The notes beneath the pieces were generated by a model. The model did no database searches. It saw only the letters and a list, made by a program, of their open reading frames with translations, and was not told the origin of the DNA. A DNA stretch of 64,000 nucleotides, taken from the NCBI GenBank assembly GCA_965203905.1, contig CBDBDQ010000005.1:5056001-5120000 (forward strand), in the 5' to 3' direction. Position numbers and translations under genes: made by a program. The stretch comes from Spirochaetia bacterium (GTDB lineage Bacteria; Spirochaetota; Spirochaetia; SZUA-6; Bin103). Positions 31,178-42,647 of this stretch are shown here, piece after piece (position 1 is the first letter of the stretch; each line of letters opens with the position of its first letter).

Positions 31178-31477
31178 GTCGGTCCCGCGTCAGTTTGCTC
31201 GGCTCCTGGAAGGCCATGAGGTGCAGACCGTGCCGCGGAGGGCTGGGCAGGCGTCCGCAACGGCGAGCTGCTCCGCAGGGCTGCGACCGAGTTCGATGTG
31301 TTCGTCACCGTTGACCAGAACCTCCAACACCAGCAAAACCTCGGCCGGTTTCCGGTCGCCGTCGCCGTCCTCGTTGTCCATGACAACCGAATCGAAACCC
31401 TGGAACCTCTCGCCCCTCTCCTTCTGAGCGTCCTTCCATCGCTCCAGGCGGGCCGGGCCACCGAAATCACTCCGTAG
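31158..31477 (+). pseudogene. DUF5615 PIN-like toxin, frameshift near 31238
   Basis: VHILLDESVP, then GWAGVRNGELL...FDVFVTVDQNLQHQQNL in a shifted frame. Confidence 0.8.
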
Positions 31478-31553
31478 TCTCGGCCATCGCCTTCACCCGT
31501 TGCGCTTGCTCGCCACACCAGCCCATCGCCTCAAACCGCCGCCCGCCAAACCC

Positions 31554-32135
31554 GCCCATTGCCCGATTCGGACCGGGCGCCAAGGCCCCTTCGACAAGCG
31601 GAGTGCAGACCAACCTCGGCCTGCTCTTCGTAGTGATGCGCCATCCTTCCTCGGTCTCCTGTCGCGGCAGAGGACGACGCCGACTGACGTTTCAGCCAGC
31701 GTCGCTCGGCCGCGAGCGCCATTGGTCTCCGATGGCCCGCACTGTCCGGTCACGGGGCCCACGAACGGACGACCCGTCAGTCGTGAACCGATGAGAGACG
31801 TACGAGAGATCAGCGTCGAGATCGGTGCGGGTGCCGGTCGCCCGGCGGAGTACCTGGGCGCGCTTCTCCGAGCCAGCTCTACGGGACCACCTGACTCGGT
31901 ACACTTCGCCGACTCGGTCTGCCGTGCCCAGGCGCCGCTTCGAGCTGACCGGCCAGGTCACGCCCATCCCCAGCCCGGCGCTCGTCGACCTGGTCGGCCG
32001 CGTTCCGGGCGCGCCTCCGGAGCGGCCGACGGGCTCCCAGCCCACGACGTCCCTGTCGAGGTCTGGGGAGCTACATGTCACCCGTGGGGCGATGGAGGGC
32101 GCCATCGGGTGGAGGTCACCGTGCATCCGGCGTGA
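31554..32135 (+). repeat. dispersed non-coding repeat family, long copy
   Basis: Reverse-complement homologs at 52085-52332, 39236-39415 and 38960-39100; short piece at 29290-29331. Confidence 0.8.
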
Positions 32136-32267
32136 GACCGTGGGAGGTGCCGGTCGGCGCCGCGAACCTCGTTCGCGCGCACCCACGGGTTTCCTACGGG
32201 TCGGCGCTGTTCACAGGGTGGCCGCGCTCGCGAGAGAGTGCACCGTTAGGGGTTCGGCGAATGTGGA

Positions 32268-32752
32268 TGACGCGTCACGAGGACCGCCAACGCAGTGGTC
32301 GGTTGGCGGTCACGGTCGGTGACCTCCGAGTGGTTGACAGGGTGCCCGCGTCCATAGCAAGCTCGCATCGCTTGGGTTCCCACGGATCGCTGATGAACCG
32401 CCGCGACGACAGTCAGCGCAGTGACCGGTTCCACTGTGACGCGACCGGTGCACCCCCCCCCCCCCCGCAACTCTTTATTAGAAAAAGCATTAACCGCTCA
32501 GGCTGATCGCCCCCTACGCGACCCCGTTCACACCGTCGCCTTCACCACCGCCGTAGCTATCGGTGGCGCCGGCTCGGTCCATCGCCGAACCGGCATTAAG
32601 ACCGCCCGCACCCTTCCCGTCGACCGCAACGGTGCCGGATCCCCGCCTGCGACCAACTGCGCGCAAAACCCACCACCTGCGTTGGCGGCCATTCAGACTC
32701 ACTGCTGTTCAGACCACCGCCACGCGTGGCGTTGTAACGCAGATCCCGACGT
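32268..32752 (+). repeat. conserved non-coding leader with C14 tract (copy 1)
   Basis: Aligns with 43988-44430; C run at 32453-32466. Confidence 0.8.
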
Positions 32753-32764
32753 AGGTCTAGATTT

Positions 32765-32978
32765 CGCCCCGGGTGTGGCCTTCCGCATCCTCCTACGGCG
32801 TCGGCACCCCAAAGTAATTCCTTTCGCGGCTCGATACCCGGCCCGCACGTACCCCCTGTCAACGCTTCACCCCCGCCCTCGCGGGCGACGGCGCATGACT
32901 CGGGGCCGCCGTGGGTCGCTAGCCCTTCGACGTATGACTCTTCCATTCACAACACCTTGCCGGTTTGTGCCGGCGCAC
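32765..32978 (-). mobile_element. 5' remnant (domain I) of a group II intron
   Basis: GTGCG start; near-identical to 46333-46546; same insertion site. Confidence 0.85.
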
Positions 32979-32989
32979 AGGAGGTCAAG

Positions 32990-33025
32990 ATGATACTCAA
33001 AGAACCGCACGCGCGCGCGGCGTGA
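32990..33025 (+). CDS. putative 11-aa leader peptide MILKEPHARAA
   Basis: AGGAGG SD; same length and position as 46559-46594; overlaps a GC-rich hairpin. Confidence 0.4.
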   Translation: MILKEPHARAA

Positions 33026-33168
33026 GCCGGGGTGAACCCGTTGAGTCACACGCCGCGCGCGTCCGAGAACTTGACTCAGACTGGCCGCCCGCGTTGCGGG
33101 CCCGAGAGTAGCCAGGGAGCGGCAAGTCGCTCCGCAATGCTCTCAAAATCCAAGCAAGGATACTAACG

Positions 33169-34986
33169 ATGATGAAAATCCTATTTAGAATGACTAGAAT
33201 GACCTTCGCGTTTGCGTTGGTCCTCGTAATGACCGCAACCGGCCTGTGGGCCACTGGCGCAGACGAAGAGGAGGCGGCCGCCGCCGCTGACAAGAAGTAT
33301 GTGACCGACCCCACCACCGGCAAGGTGGTGGCGGCGCCAGAGTATGGCGGGACTTTCACCTTTGCCAATCAGCTCGAGCCTCCGCATTCTGACACCGCGC
33401 TCCATGGGCTTCCGGGACTGGCCGTCAGTGGCGTTGTAGAGAGGCTAGGAATCATGAACTGGGCAATAGATAGGGACGAATTTGCCTTCAGTAGCACGTT
33501 CGTACCTTCATTTACCCTAAGACCGCACCTGGCGGAAAGCTGGGATACCGAGGACGGCCTCACCTATACCTTCCACATCCGCAAGGGAGTTTACTGGCAC
33601 GATAAACCACCGATGAACGGTCGAGAGCTAGATGCCTATGACGTCGAATATAACTATCACCGCTATTTGGGTATGGGCAGCGGCTTCACCGAACGTTCCC
33701 CAGTAGGAGAGTACGTAGCTTTGCCTTTCGAATCGGTAACGGCCACCGACAAGTGGACGGTTGTTATGAAGATGACGGAGCAAACCGTCGCTCCGCTGGC
33801 AACTATGGTTTCGCCCTTCATATCCCCCCCCGAGGTAATCAAGGAACACGGCGACGTTCAGGACTGGAGGAACCTGGTCGGCACCGGGCCCTATATGCTG
33901 ACTGACTGGGTCGATGGCAGCTCTATGACCTATGTCAAGAATCCTGACTACTGGGGCTACGACGAAAAATACCCGGAGAACCGCTTGCCCTACTTTGACG
34001 AGTTACAGCACCTGATTATTAAAGAGGAAGCGACATATCTGGCGGGACTGCGCGCCGGTAAGATTGATTTCCTGGGTTTCACTGCTGGTGTATCTGACCT
34101 AACCGATAACGATACGATCGATAGCCTCCGGCGGACCAACCCTGAAATCGTGCTGGAGCCGTGGTGGGACCGTTCGGAAACGTCTTATGGCCTTGACGCG
34201 ACCAAGCCGCCCTTTGACGACATCAGGGTGCGCAAGGCAATGCAGATGGCACTGGACCTTGAGGGCATTAACAATACCTACTACAAGGGCACTGCAATGT
34301 GGCAGCCTCAGGGTATATTAGGGGAAGCTGTCACCGGGTATTCCACCCCATTTGAAGAGTGGCCCGAAGAGGTCCAGAAGGGCTATATGTATGACCCGGA
34401 AGGGGCGGAAGCGTTGCTTGATGCGGCTGGATATCCCCGCGGCGCCGACGGCACTAGATTCAAGACCGTGTTGAACCATTTCTGGCGGTTTCCTTTAGCC
34501 TATAGTGAATTAGCTGCCGCCTACTTTAAGGCAATTGGCGTTGATGTAGAGATTAACGTAATCGACGAAGCTACGGCTGGCGCTATGAGAGTTGATACCC
34601 ATGCGGAACGTACTTGGGAAGGTATGATGATGACCGTTCTGGGCTGGAACATTAACCCTGTGTGGGGTATGTTCTGGGTTGCTCACTCGACCGGCTCCGG
34701 ACAAAACTACCACGGAATCGGGTACCCTGAGTTGGACGCCCTTATTGACGCCGCCGAAGCCGCTACCTCCTTGGAGGAGCAGCAGAGGCTGCTTAAAGAG
34801 GCAGATATGTACACTATAGAGAACCACTGGCATGTATGGGGTCCTAAAGCTGGAAAGTTCATGTCGATCCAGCCGTGGGTCATAGGTTTTAACGGTGAAA
34901 TCTGGCTTCATTCAGGTCAGGACCGCTTGCTCATCTTCGCCCGCCTCTGGTTTGACCAGGAGCTGAAGGAAGCAATGGGTCATTAG
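33169..34986 (+). CDS. ABC transporter substrate-binding protein, family 5 (lower-GC type)
   Basis: PEYGGT; WHDKPPMNGREL; VGTGP; PFDDIRVRKAMQMA; exact start codon uncertain. Confidence 0.92.
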   Translation: MMKILFRMTRMTFAFALVLVMTATGLWATGADEEEAAAAADKKYVTDPTTGKVVAAPEYGGTFTFANQLEPPHSDTALHGLPGLAVSGVVERLGIMNWAIDRDEFAFSSTFVPSFTLRPHLAESWDTEDGLTYTFHIRKGVYWHDKPPMNGRELDAYDVEYNYHRYLGMGSGFTERSPVGEYVALPFESVTATDKWTVVMKMTEQTVAPLATMVSPFISPPEVIKEHGDVQDWRNLVGTGPYMLTDWVDGSSMTYVKNPDYWGYDEKYPENRLPYFDELQHLIIKEEATYLAGLRAGKIDFLGFTAGVSDLTDNDTIDSLRRTNPEIVLEPWWDRSETSYGLDATKPPFDDIRVRKAMQMALDLEGINNTYYKGTAMWQPQGILGEAVTGYSTPFEEWPEEVQKGYMYDPEGAEALLDAAGYPRGADGTRFKTVLNHFWRFPLAYSELAAAYFKAIGVDVEINVIDEATAGAMRVDTHAERTWEGMMMTVLGWNINPVWGMFWVAHSTGSGQNYHGIGYPELDALIDAAEAATSLEEQQRLLKEADMYTIENHWHVWGPKAGKFMSIQPWVIGFNGEIWLHSGQDRLLIFARLWFDQELKEAMGH

Positions 34987-35087
34987 GGGTTTTAGCCCTT
35001 GTGGCTGAGCTCAGGGAAAAAGGGAGCTGGGTGGTTCAAACCTCCCGGCTCCCATACTCCTCAAATAATGAGAAGGGCGCTTTCTCA

Positions 35088-35408
35088 CTGTCATTCCGGC
35101 GGTCCGCCGAAGCGGCGAAGACGCGGAATCCAGAAAACGCAACCATTTGAAATTACTCTGGATTCCGCCTTTCGGCGGAATGACAGGAGGGAATCAGGGG
35201 GACACCCCTCTGGACTCCCCAAAACGGTGAGAGGCCAGCCATCAGCCCACCGGAATTCATGCACCGATTTGTGTGACGAACCCTTAAAGAGTGCCGCGCC
35301 AGTCGGGCAAGGGGATGGTCTAAGTGGATTGCGGTTTTCACCGCAATGACGGGGGGAGAGAGGGCGAAGAGATTGCCACGCCCCGATAAATCGGGACTCG
35401 CAATGACG
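35088..35408. repeat. REP-like GTCATTCC...GGAATCC/GGATTCC...GGAATGAC and GATTGC...GCAATGAC palindromes
   Basis: Nested inverted repeats; homologous cluster at 49570-49965. Confidence 0.7.
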
Positions 35409-35422
35409 AGGAGGGGTGTAAC

Positions 35423-36421
35423 ATGAGAGCCTATATCATCAGGCGGTTATTACTCATAATCCCCACCCTGTTTATATTGACCATCCTGGTCTTTCTCTCG
35501 GTACGCTTCATCCCCGGCGATGTCATAGACGTAATGGTTGGAGAGTTGGACTACATGGCTGGGCCCATCGACCGTGAAGCTCTTGAGCGTAGGCTGGGAT
35601 TGGACCAGCCTGTGTACGTGCAGTATGGACGCTGGATAGGAGTGTTGCCGACCCCTGACTGGCTTACCGGTGAGTCACGCTACAACGGTATCCTCCAGGG
35701 CACCCTTGGCGAATCACTGATGGGCGATTGGTCGGTAGAGGACAAGATAATAGGTAGATTGCCGGTAACCATTGAGCTCGGTGTCATAGCAATCGTAATC
35801 GGGCTTCTGATAGCGCTGCCAGTCGGCATCTACTCGGCGATTCGCCAGTATACTGTCGCCGACTACCTGGGGCGCTCCATCGCCATCATCGGTCTGGCAA
35901 CGCCTAACTTCTGGCTGGCCTTGATGGTCATGATCTACCCGGCAATCTGGTGGGGCTGGTCGCTACCGATGCGGCTGATTACTTTCTCCGAAGACCCTCT
36001 GGAGAATCTCGGGATGTTCCTCATTCCAAGCGTGATTCTCGGAACCTACCTTGCCGCAGCCACCATGCGGATGACACGCACTATGATGCTGGAGGTGCTG
36101 AGGCAGGACTATATCAGGACAGCCTGGGCCAAGGGTCTCAAGGAGAGAGTAGTTGTTCTGAGACACGCCGTAAAAAATGCCCTCATCCCGGTAGTTACCC
36201 TGATAGGCCTGCAGTTGCCTGTCCTGGTAGGTGGCGCCGTTATCATGGAGAACATATTTAACCTGCCGGGGCTAGGTCGTCTTCTGCTGAAGGCACTCGA
36301 ACAGAGAGACTACCCGGTGGTCTCCGGAGTAAACCTCTTTTTCGCCATCGTGGTTATGGCGAACAATCTATTGATCGACCTGATTTATCCTTATTTGGAT
36401 CCCAGGGTCCGCCACAGATAA
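35423..36421 (+). CDS. ABC transporter permease (DppB-like)
   Basis: YIIRRLL; QDYIRTAWAKGL; LDPRVR. Confidence 0.92.
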   Translation: MRAYIIRRLLLIIPTLFILTILVFLSVRFIPGDVIDVMVGELDYMAGPIDREALERRLGLDQPVYVQYGRWIGVLPTPDWLTGESRYNGILQGTLGESLMGDWSVEDKIIGRLPVTIELGVIAIVIGLLIALPVGIYSAIRQYTVADYLGRSIAIIGLATPNFWLALMVMIYPAIWWGWSLPMRLITFSEDPLENLGMFLIPSVILGTYLAAATMRMTRTMMLEVLRQDYIRTAWAKGLKERVVVLRHAVKNALIPVVTLIGLQLPVLVGGAVIMENIFNLPGLGRLLLKALEQRDYPVVSGVNLFFAIVVMANNLLIDLIYPYLDPRVRHR

Positions 36422-36439
36422 AGGGGGAGAATCACGAGT

Positions 36440-37366
36440 ATGAGTGATGGCATACCGTCACCAGTAAGTGAGCCAAGGAGACGTAACGCGCTGCCTGATT
36501 TCTTTACCAGGTTGTGGAAGGAGCAACCACTTGGCACTATCTGCGGGATTATGGTATTGATACTGATTTTGGTTGCTATCTTCGCCGATGTTCTGGCTCC
36601 TTATGGCTTTAGTGAAGTACACCTTCCAGACAGATTGCAGAGCTCATCAGCCCGGTATCTCCTGGGTACCGACCACCTGGGGCGAGACTTCTTAAGCCGC
36701 ATTATCTACGGGGCTCGCATTTCGTTGCTTGTCGGCCTGGCGGCGACTAGTGTTAATGTTGTGGTGGCTACCCTGATAGGCGGCATCTCGGGATTCTTTG
36801 GCGGTAAACTGGACTTGGCTGTGCAGAGATTTGTCGATGCCTGGATGGCTTTCCCGGGACTGCTCCTGTTGTTAACCGTAATGTCCATAGTGGGGCGGGG
36901 TGTGCCACAGATAATATTGGTCCTGGGGATATCAGGAGGCATCGGCGGCTCAAGAGTAGTCAGAGGCGCCGTGATTGGGGTCAAAGAGAAAGTCTATTTT
37001 CAGGCGGCGGAGGCAATTGGCAGCTCAAGATGGAGAACACTTATCCGACATGTCCTTCCCAATATTGCGGCGCCCATAATCATCATATTCAGCATCAACA
37101 TCGGGGGGGTGATTATCAGTGCGGCTTCTCTGAGCTTCCTCGGATACGGTCTGCCAGTCCAGATTCCCGACTGGGGTGCTATGCTCAGCCGGGAAGGACG
37201 TCAGTACATGGAGACGGCGCCACGCCTGGCTCTCTGGCCGGGTCTTTGCCTGACTATTGTCGTCTACAGTCTGAACATGTTCGGCGACGCCGTGAGGGAC
37301 CTGCTCGACCCGCGGCTGCGTGGCGGCGGGGGCCGCCTCGGAGCCGATGCCGCCAGGTCGGTCTAA
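36440..37366 (+). CDS. ABC transporter permease (DppC-like)
   Basis: LGTDHLGRD; RHVLPN; GDAVRDLLDPRLRG. Confidence 0.92.
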   Translation: MSDGIPSPVSEPRRRNALPDFFTRLWKEQPLGTICGIMVLILILVAIFADVLAPYGFSEVHLPDRLQSSSARYLLGTDHLGRDFLSRIIYGARISLLVGLAATSVNVVVATLIGGISGFFGGKLDLAVQRFVDAWMAFPGLLLLLTVMSIVGRGVPQIILVLGISGGIGGSRVVRGAVIGVKEKVYFQAAEAIGSSRWRTLIRHVLPNIAAPIIIIFSINIGGVIISAASLSFLGYGLPVQIPDWGAMLSREGRQYMETAPRLALWPGLCLTIVVYSLNMFGDAVRDLLDPRLRGGGGRLGADAARSV

Positions 37367-37379
37367 TAGGGCCCGCCTG

Positions 37380-37545
37380 GGGTCGAAGGTCGGAGGCCAC
37401 CACCCGGCAGTAGCCGGCGGCTGGGAGGCCACGACGAAGATTGGCTAAGATGGCGGAGCCCGGAGCGAACACGAGCCGTGAACCCGCTCCCCACCGACCG
37501 TCGGCAGGCCGCTCGGGGAACAACACCACTGACCTCGGGGTGAGT
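37380..37545 (-). pseudogene. decayed second copy of the SLOG-like gene at 39437-40015
   Basis: VVLFPERPADGRWGAGSRL...YCRVVASDL aligns with VVLFPERPADRQWGPGSRL...FCRVAAADL. Confidence 0.65.
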
Positions 37546-38033
37546 CCCGCAAGGAAGCCGGGCACCAGGTAAACTCGGCAATCCGCCGCGCATCTGACGC
37601 GGTCCCCCGCGCGTACACGACAGGCGCACCGCGCCAAGGATGGCGAGCGTGCGGCTGCCCTGTGGACAGCTTGGGGCGCGGCGTCCGGAGTCCGCGACGA
37701 TTCAGCCCAGCGGCCGCCGGGCCCTCGGGAAATCGCCACGGCTCCTGCCAATGTGCCCACGCCTCTCGTCGGTCGCTTCGCACGAAGCCGTTGCCGAAGC
37801 GGCGCGACCAGGGATTCTGGCATCATTCGGCCTCCGTCGGAGCGTAACTTGAGCGTGTGTGCGGACTTTTGAAGTGCAAGTCCGAGTGTTCAGGGAGTTT
37901 CGCTTCCGGAAATACGCCTGTGCTAGCTTCACGTCCGCCGTGTGATCGGCGTAATCGGCGCCGTCAGCAGAACGCACCCGTTGAGTCGTACTGCTCACTT
38001 GATTGATATTCACATTATTGCTAACTTCCGCCG

Positions 38034-38388
38034 GTGCGACGAACGATCGAGTTCTACAGGACGAAAAGCGGAGCCGTCCCGACGGAAGCGTTTTTCGACA
38101 CGCTGTCGGACAAGGTCGTGCAGAAGGTCATCACAGTGATCGAACTCGTCGAAACAGAGCGAATCGTCCCAGCAAAGTTCTTCAGGAAGCTTGTCGGCAC
38201 CGAGCTGTTCGAGTTTCGCATCCGGTGGGAGTCGAACTTCTATCGATTGCTGTGCTTTTCGACCGAAACGACACGGTGGTGATTACGCACGGATTCGTGA
38301 AGAAGACCCAAAAGACGCCGCAAGGTGGAAATCAATCGAGCGGAACGATATCGCCAAGACTATTTCGCACGGAGGAAACCATGAGTGA
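38034..38388 (+). pseudogene. RelE/Gp49-like toxin, frameshifted (possibly a sequencing error)
   Basis: IEFYRTKSG..P...F; LFEFRI; then ITHGFVKKTQKTP in another frame. Confidence 0.8.
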
Positions 38389-38656
38389 TCTCGAGAGATA
38401 CATACAGAAGCGAGAGAGGAAGAACCCGAACTTCCGGAAGGGGCTGGAGGAGGAGCGGCGCAATCTGCGGATCGGCCTCCTGATCAGAGAGCTCCGCCTC
38501 GAGAAAGGCATGACGCAGGACCAGCTCGCGCGGGAGATTCGCACCACCAAGAGTGCAATCTCCAGACTCGAGAATCACTCCGAGAGCATTACGCTTGCGA
38601 CACTCGAGAAGGTAGCCCACGCGCTCGGGAAAGTGGTCCACATCGAGCTGTCATAA
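38381..38656 (+). CDS. XRE HTH antitoxin
   Basis: MSDLERYI; GMTQDQLA....TKSAISRLEN; GGAGG RBS. Confidence 0.88.
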   Translation: MSDLERYIQKRERKNPNFRKGLEEERRNLRIGLLIRELRLEKGMTQDQLAREIRTTKSAISRLENHSESITLATLEKVAHALGKVVHIELS

Positions 38657-38789
38657 TCCACGCCTGCACGAATCCTCCACCGCGACCACCGCGGTGTGAG
38701 CCCTTCGTCGACCACCCCCTCCACGCTGCCGATCTTCGGCGCCTGTCCCGCACTGCGGGCACGACCTCTTTGCACTCGTCATCCAGCGC

Positions 38790-39415
38790 GCTCCAGTCTG
38801 GCTGCGCGCCTGCGCGCTGGCCGCTGTCCACCCTCACCCAGAAATGTTCGAACGGGTCGGCTTCAGATGTCTTCGCGCTCGATCACGTCGGGCCGCCGCC
38901 ATTTTGCGTCGCCACCGCCGCGCCGATCCGTCGGTGCGGCGGACGAAGTTCGCGCCGCCGAAAGCGGCGCTCGTGGCCGAGCGACGCTGACCAATGACGT
39001 CGGCACGCGACCAGCGCTGGCGCCACCGGGCCGTCTCAATCAACCGAGACACGGTCGGTCGTGTCCAAGGGGCCTTCGCGCTCCCTCTGAATCGGCCAAT
39101 GGGCCCTTTTGCCGGATCACAGGTATCGCCATTGTGCTGATGTCGCGGGCGCACCTTTAGTGACAGTTGGCCGGTGGTGCCGGCGCGGATCACGGTGGTG
39201 CCGCCGCTTCATCGGCCGCGGCAGAGTCCGTAACCGGTGACCTCCACCCGTGGCGCCCTCCCTGGCGCCACGGGTGGCATACGGCCCACAGACCACGACA
39301 CGAGGTCGGGGGCTGTGGGTTGCTTCGCTGGTCCGGAGGGGGGGCCGGAAGGCGACCGAGCAGGTCGGCGAGCGCCGGGCTGTGCGTCGGCGTGGCCTTG
39401 CCGGTCAGCGGGAAG
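38790..39415. repeat. mosaic copy of the dispersed repeat family
   Basis: Segments match 51900-52050, 30650-30850 and 31554-32135 (inverted). Confidence 0.75.
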
Positions 39416-39436
39416 CCGATGCTCCGATCTGGACCC

Positions 39437-40015
39437 TCAGTACTCGTCGTCGCAGAGGCCGTCGCGGAAGGTGTGCGGCACCACCCAGTAGCCGTCGACC
39501 GTGGCGAACAGGTCGGCGGCCGCCACCCGGCAGAACGCCGGAGCAACAGGCGGCCGTGAGGCCACCACGAAGGTCGGCTTGAGGTGGTAGAGCGCCGAGC
39601 GATAGGCAAGCCGCGAGCCCGGACCCCACTGCCGGTCGGCAGGGCGCTCGGGGAACAGCACCACCAGCGAGCTGCGCTTGACCAGCCACAGGGTGCGCCG
39701 CGCCAGCGCCGCCCGGGGCGGGATGCCCTCGGGCACCACCGCCGAGGCGAACTAGCCCCTCGGCCCGGCAGCGCCGTACGCGCTTGCCGAACGCGCAGCC
39801 GACGAACACCTCGTCGGGGCCGCACGCTGAGTGGGCCAGCGCCGCGCGGAACGCCGCATCGACGCCGGTCGCGCAGCTCACGAAGAACCCGAACCCGTGG
39901 CGGCGGAACCGCTCGACCAGCGCACGGCAGACCGGCTGCTCCACCTGCCCGCGGCGGCTGCCGGCAAACAGCACCGCGCGCGCCGCCACCTTGAACCGCA
40001 GCGCCGGCTGACCGG
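39437..40015 (-). pseudogene. SLOG/DprA-like protein, 5'-truncated, frameshift near 39753
   Basis: VLFAGSR; VSCATGVD; AALARRT.WLV..S..VVLF; GS. Confidence 0.55.
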
Positions 40016-40847
40016 AAACCTGAAAGTGGAGAGCGTCAGCGACTTGTCGGCCCAGGCGCTCTACTACTACGGCAAGGACGACCTGAAGCACTGCTTCATC
40101 GTCATCGGCGAGAAGCACGGCAGCGAGGGCTCTGACTACCCGCTGCGCGAGCTCATCTCGCGGCGCTCGATCACCAAGGCGGTGCCGATGAAGGACCCGG
40201 TCACCGGCCAGGTGAAGACCGAGACCATTACCGTGAACGGGCCGATCTCGCTGGCCGAGACCACCACCAAAGGCGACGTGAACCCCGAGAACCTCAGCCG
40301 CAGCTTCGTCGTGGGCATCGACGAGTCAGAGGACCAGACTCGGCTCATCCACGACCGGCAGCGCACCAACTACACCGTCGACGGCTTCCTCGAGCGACGG
40401 AGTCTGGATCGAATCGCCGAGCGCCACCACTTCGCGCAGCGGTTGCTCGAGCCGGTGCTGGTCTTCAACCCCTATGCGGAGGTGTTGACCTTCCCGGCCT
40501 CCACACTGAAGACCCGGCGTGACCACGAGAAGTTCCTGCGGCTCATCAACGCCATCTGCTTCCTGTACCAGTACCAGCGCAGGCGCAAGCAGCTGACGTT
40601 GGACGGCGGCGAGACCCTCGAATACATCGAGTGCACCGTCGCCGACTACCGGCTCGCTCACGAGCTGCTCTCCGACGGCGTGCTGGACAACACCCTCGAT
40701 GACCTGCCACGGCCGGCCAGAGAGCTGCTGGAGCTCATCAAGAAGTACGTCACCGACAAAGCCGATGCGGAGGGCGTCGTTGCCGAGCAGGTGGTCTTCC
40801 GTACCCTCGCCGACTACGAGTACATCCAGCTCATCAAGGCGCGCAGT

Positions 40848-42647
40848 GAGGAAATTGCGCTGTCCGTAAGTGCAATGCAGGCAATGAAATAGCGAGGCAG
40901 GGATTTTTCTTTACCCCACGGCCCACCGGAGCGCCACCGAGGCAGCTCCCGGGCCCCGGATGATACATCGTAACTATTTATCTACAAAGTAATTGACGGC
41001 TCTCCTGTCGCTTGCCATAATGGCCTGAGAACCACCTCACAACAGGAGAACCGCCGGTGGCTACTATACCAGAACCTTCTCTGTTTTGCTGGGACAGCGT
41101 CGAGCAGTTGGGCGATCTCGAACGCCTGAGCCTGGTCCTCGACGCGCTCCCCGACGAACCGCTGATGCAACTGCTGGAAGCCGATCGCGGCCACGGCCGC
41201 AACGACTACCCGGTGCGCCCGATGTGGAACTCTCTCATCGCTGCCTTCGTCTTCCAGCATCCCAGCATCGCCGCTCTGCGGCGTGAGTTGCTGCGCAACG
41301 GCCAGTTACGAGACAGCTGCGGGTTCGACCCGTTCGCGGGCGCGGCAGCGGTGCCGACCGAATGCGCTTATACCCGGTTCCAGCGCCGGCTGCGCAAGTA
41401 TCAGCCACAGATAGAGGAACTGTTCCATAGCACGCTCGATGAACTGCAGATCGAACTGCCGGATCTGGGACAGGTACAGGCCCTGGACGGCAAGGAGTTG
41501 CATTCGCTGGCCAAGGGCGAGAGCAGCTATCCGCTGCCGGAGGATGACACCCAGCAAGACAGCGACGGGCGCCGCGACCGGGATGCCGATTGGGGCGTCA
41601 AGGGCTCGGGCAAGAAGAAACGCTACTGGTACGGCTACCTGCTGCACTTGGTGGTGGATGCCACCTACGAGTTGCCGCTGGCGTTCGAGGTCACCGAGGC
41701 CTCGCGTGGGGAGCAGCCGCAGGCGCAGTGGCTGCTGGATCAGATGCAGGAGCGCCATCCTGAGTTGCTGGAACGGTGCAGTCGTTTGAGCGCCGACAAG
41801 GGCTACGACGACCACAAGCTGATCAACCGGCTGTGGGATGAGCATCAGATCAAGCCGATCATCGCGATTCGCAACTGCTGGAAGGATGCGGATGCGGAGG
41901 ACAATGGCGTCCGCACCAAGCTGGTGAACGGACAGGAGAACGTGATCTACACCTACAACGGCGAAGTCTCCTGCATGTGTCCGCTCAGCGGTGAGGTGCA
42001 TAGCATGACCTACGGCGGCTTCGACGCGATCGCGAGACGCTGAAGTACCGCTGTCCGGCGCGCTACTCGGGGATCACCTGCAAGGGCATGGAGCAGTGTC
42101 CGCTGGCGGGCAAGGCGGTGCGCATCCCGCTGGCGGAGGATCGACGGGTGTTCACGCCGGTGGCGCGGTCCAGCTACCGATGGCAGGACTACTACGACGA
42201 GCGCAGCGCAGTGGAGCGGGTCAACAGCCGCTTGGCGGGCGGCTTCGGGTTCGAGCGACCGGGCATCCGCGGGCTGGCGAAGATGCAGTTGCGCATCACC
42301 ATGGCCCTGACGATCATGCTGGCGATGGCCTTGGGGCGGATCCGGGCCGGCCAACCTGAGCACCTGCGGAGTCTGGTCAAACCCGCCGCCTGAGCGGCGC
42401 CTCCTCGCCGGTCACCAACGAGAAACACAATCCCACCGGCTGCGCAGCGCCACCGGTCTGTCCTGAGCTGGCCGCGGAGCCACGATGAAGCCCGATTCAA
42501 GCGCTGAGGCATCCTCCAGCACACTCCGGATGGCCACTATGTGGCGCTGCGGTGTGCGCCCAGCGAGGCCATGCGCGAGCCCGCCCCACGCGCTTGGCCC
42601 CCGACGTTCGTTCGCCGACCCAAAACCCTATACAGCGCAATTGCCTC
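40848..42647 (+). mobile_element. 1800-bp insertion sequence (IS1182/IS5-like)
   Basis: 16-bp inverted repeats GAGGAAATTGCGCTGT / ACAGCGCAATTGCCTC (1 mismatch); 5-bp TSD GCAGT at 40843-40847 and 42648-42652. Confidence 0.9.
41057..42393 (+). CDS. DDE transposase (DUF772 + DDE), frameshift near 42023
   Basis: GRNDYP; ALDG; D.DADWG; YGY.LH; ADKGYD; RSAVERVNSRL in the second frame. Confidence 0.85.
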
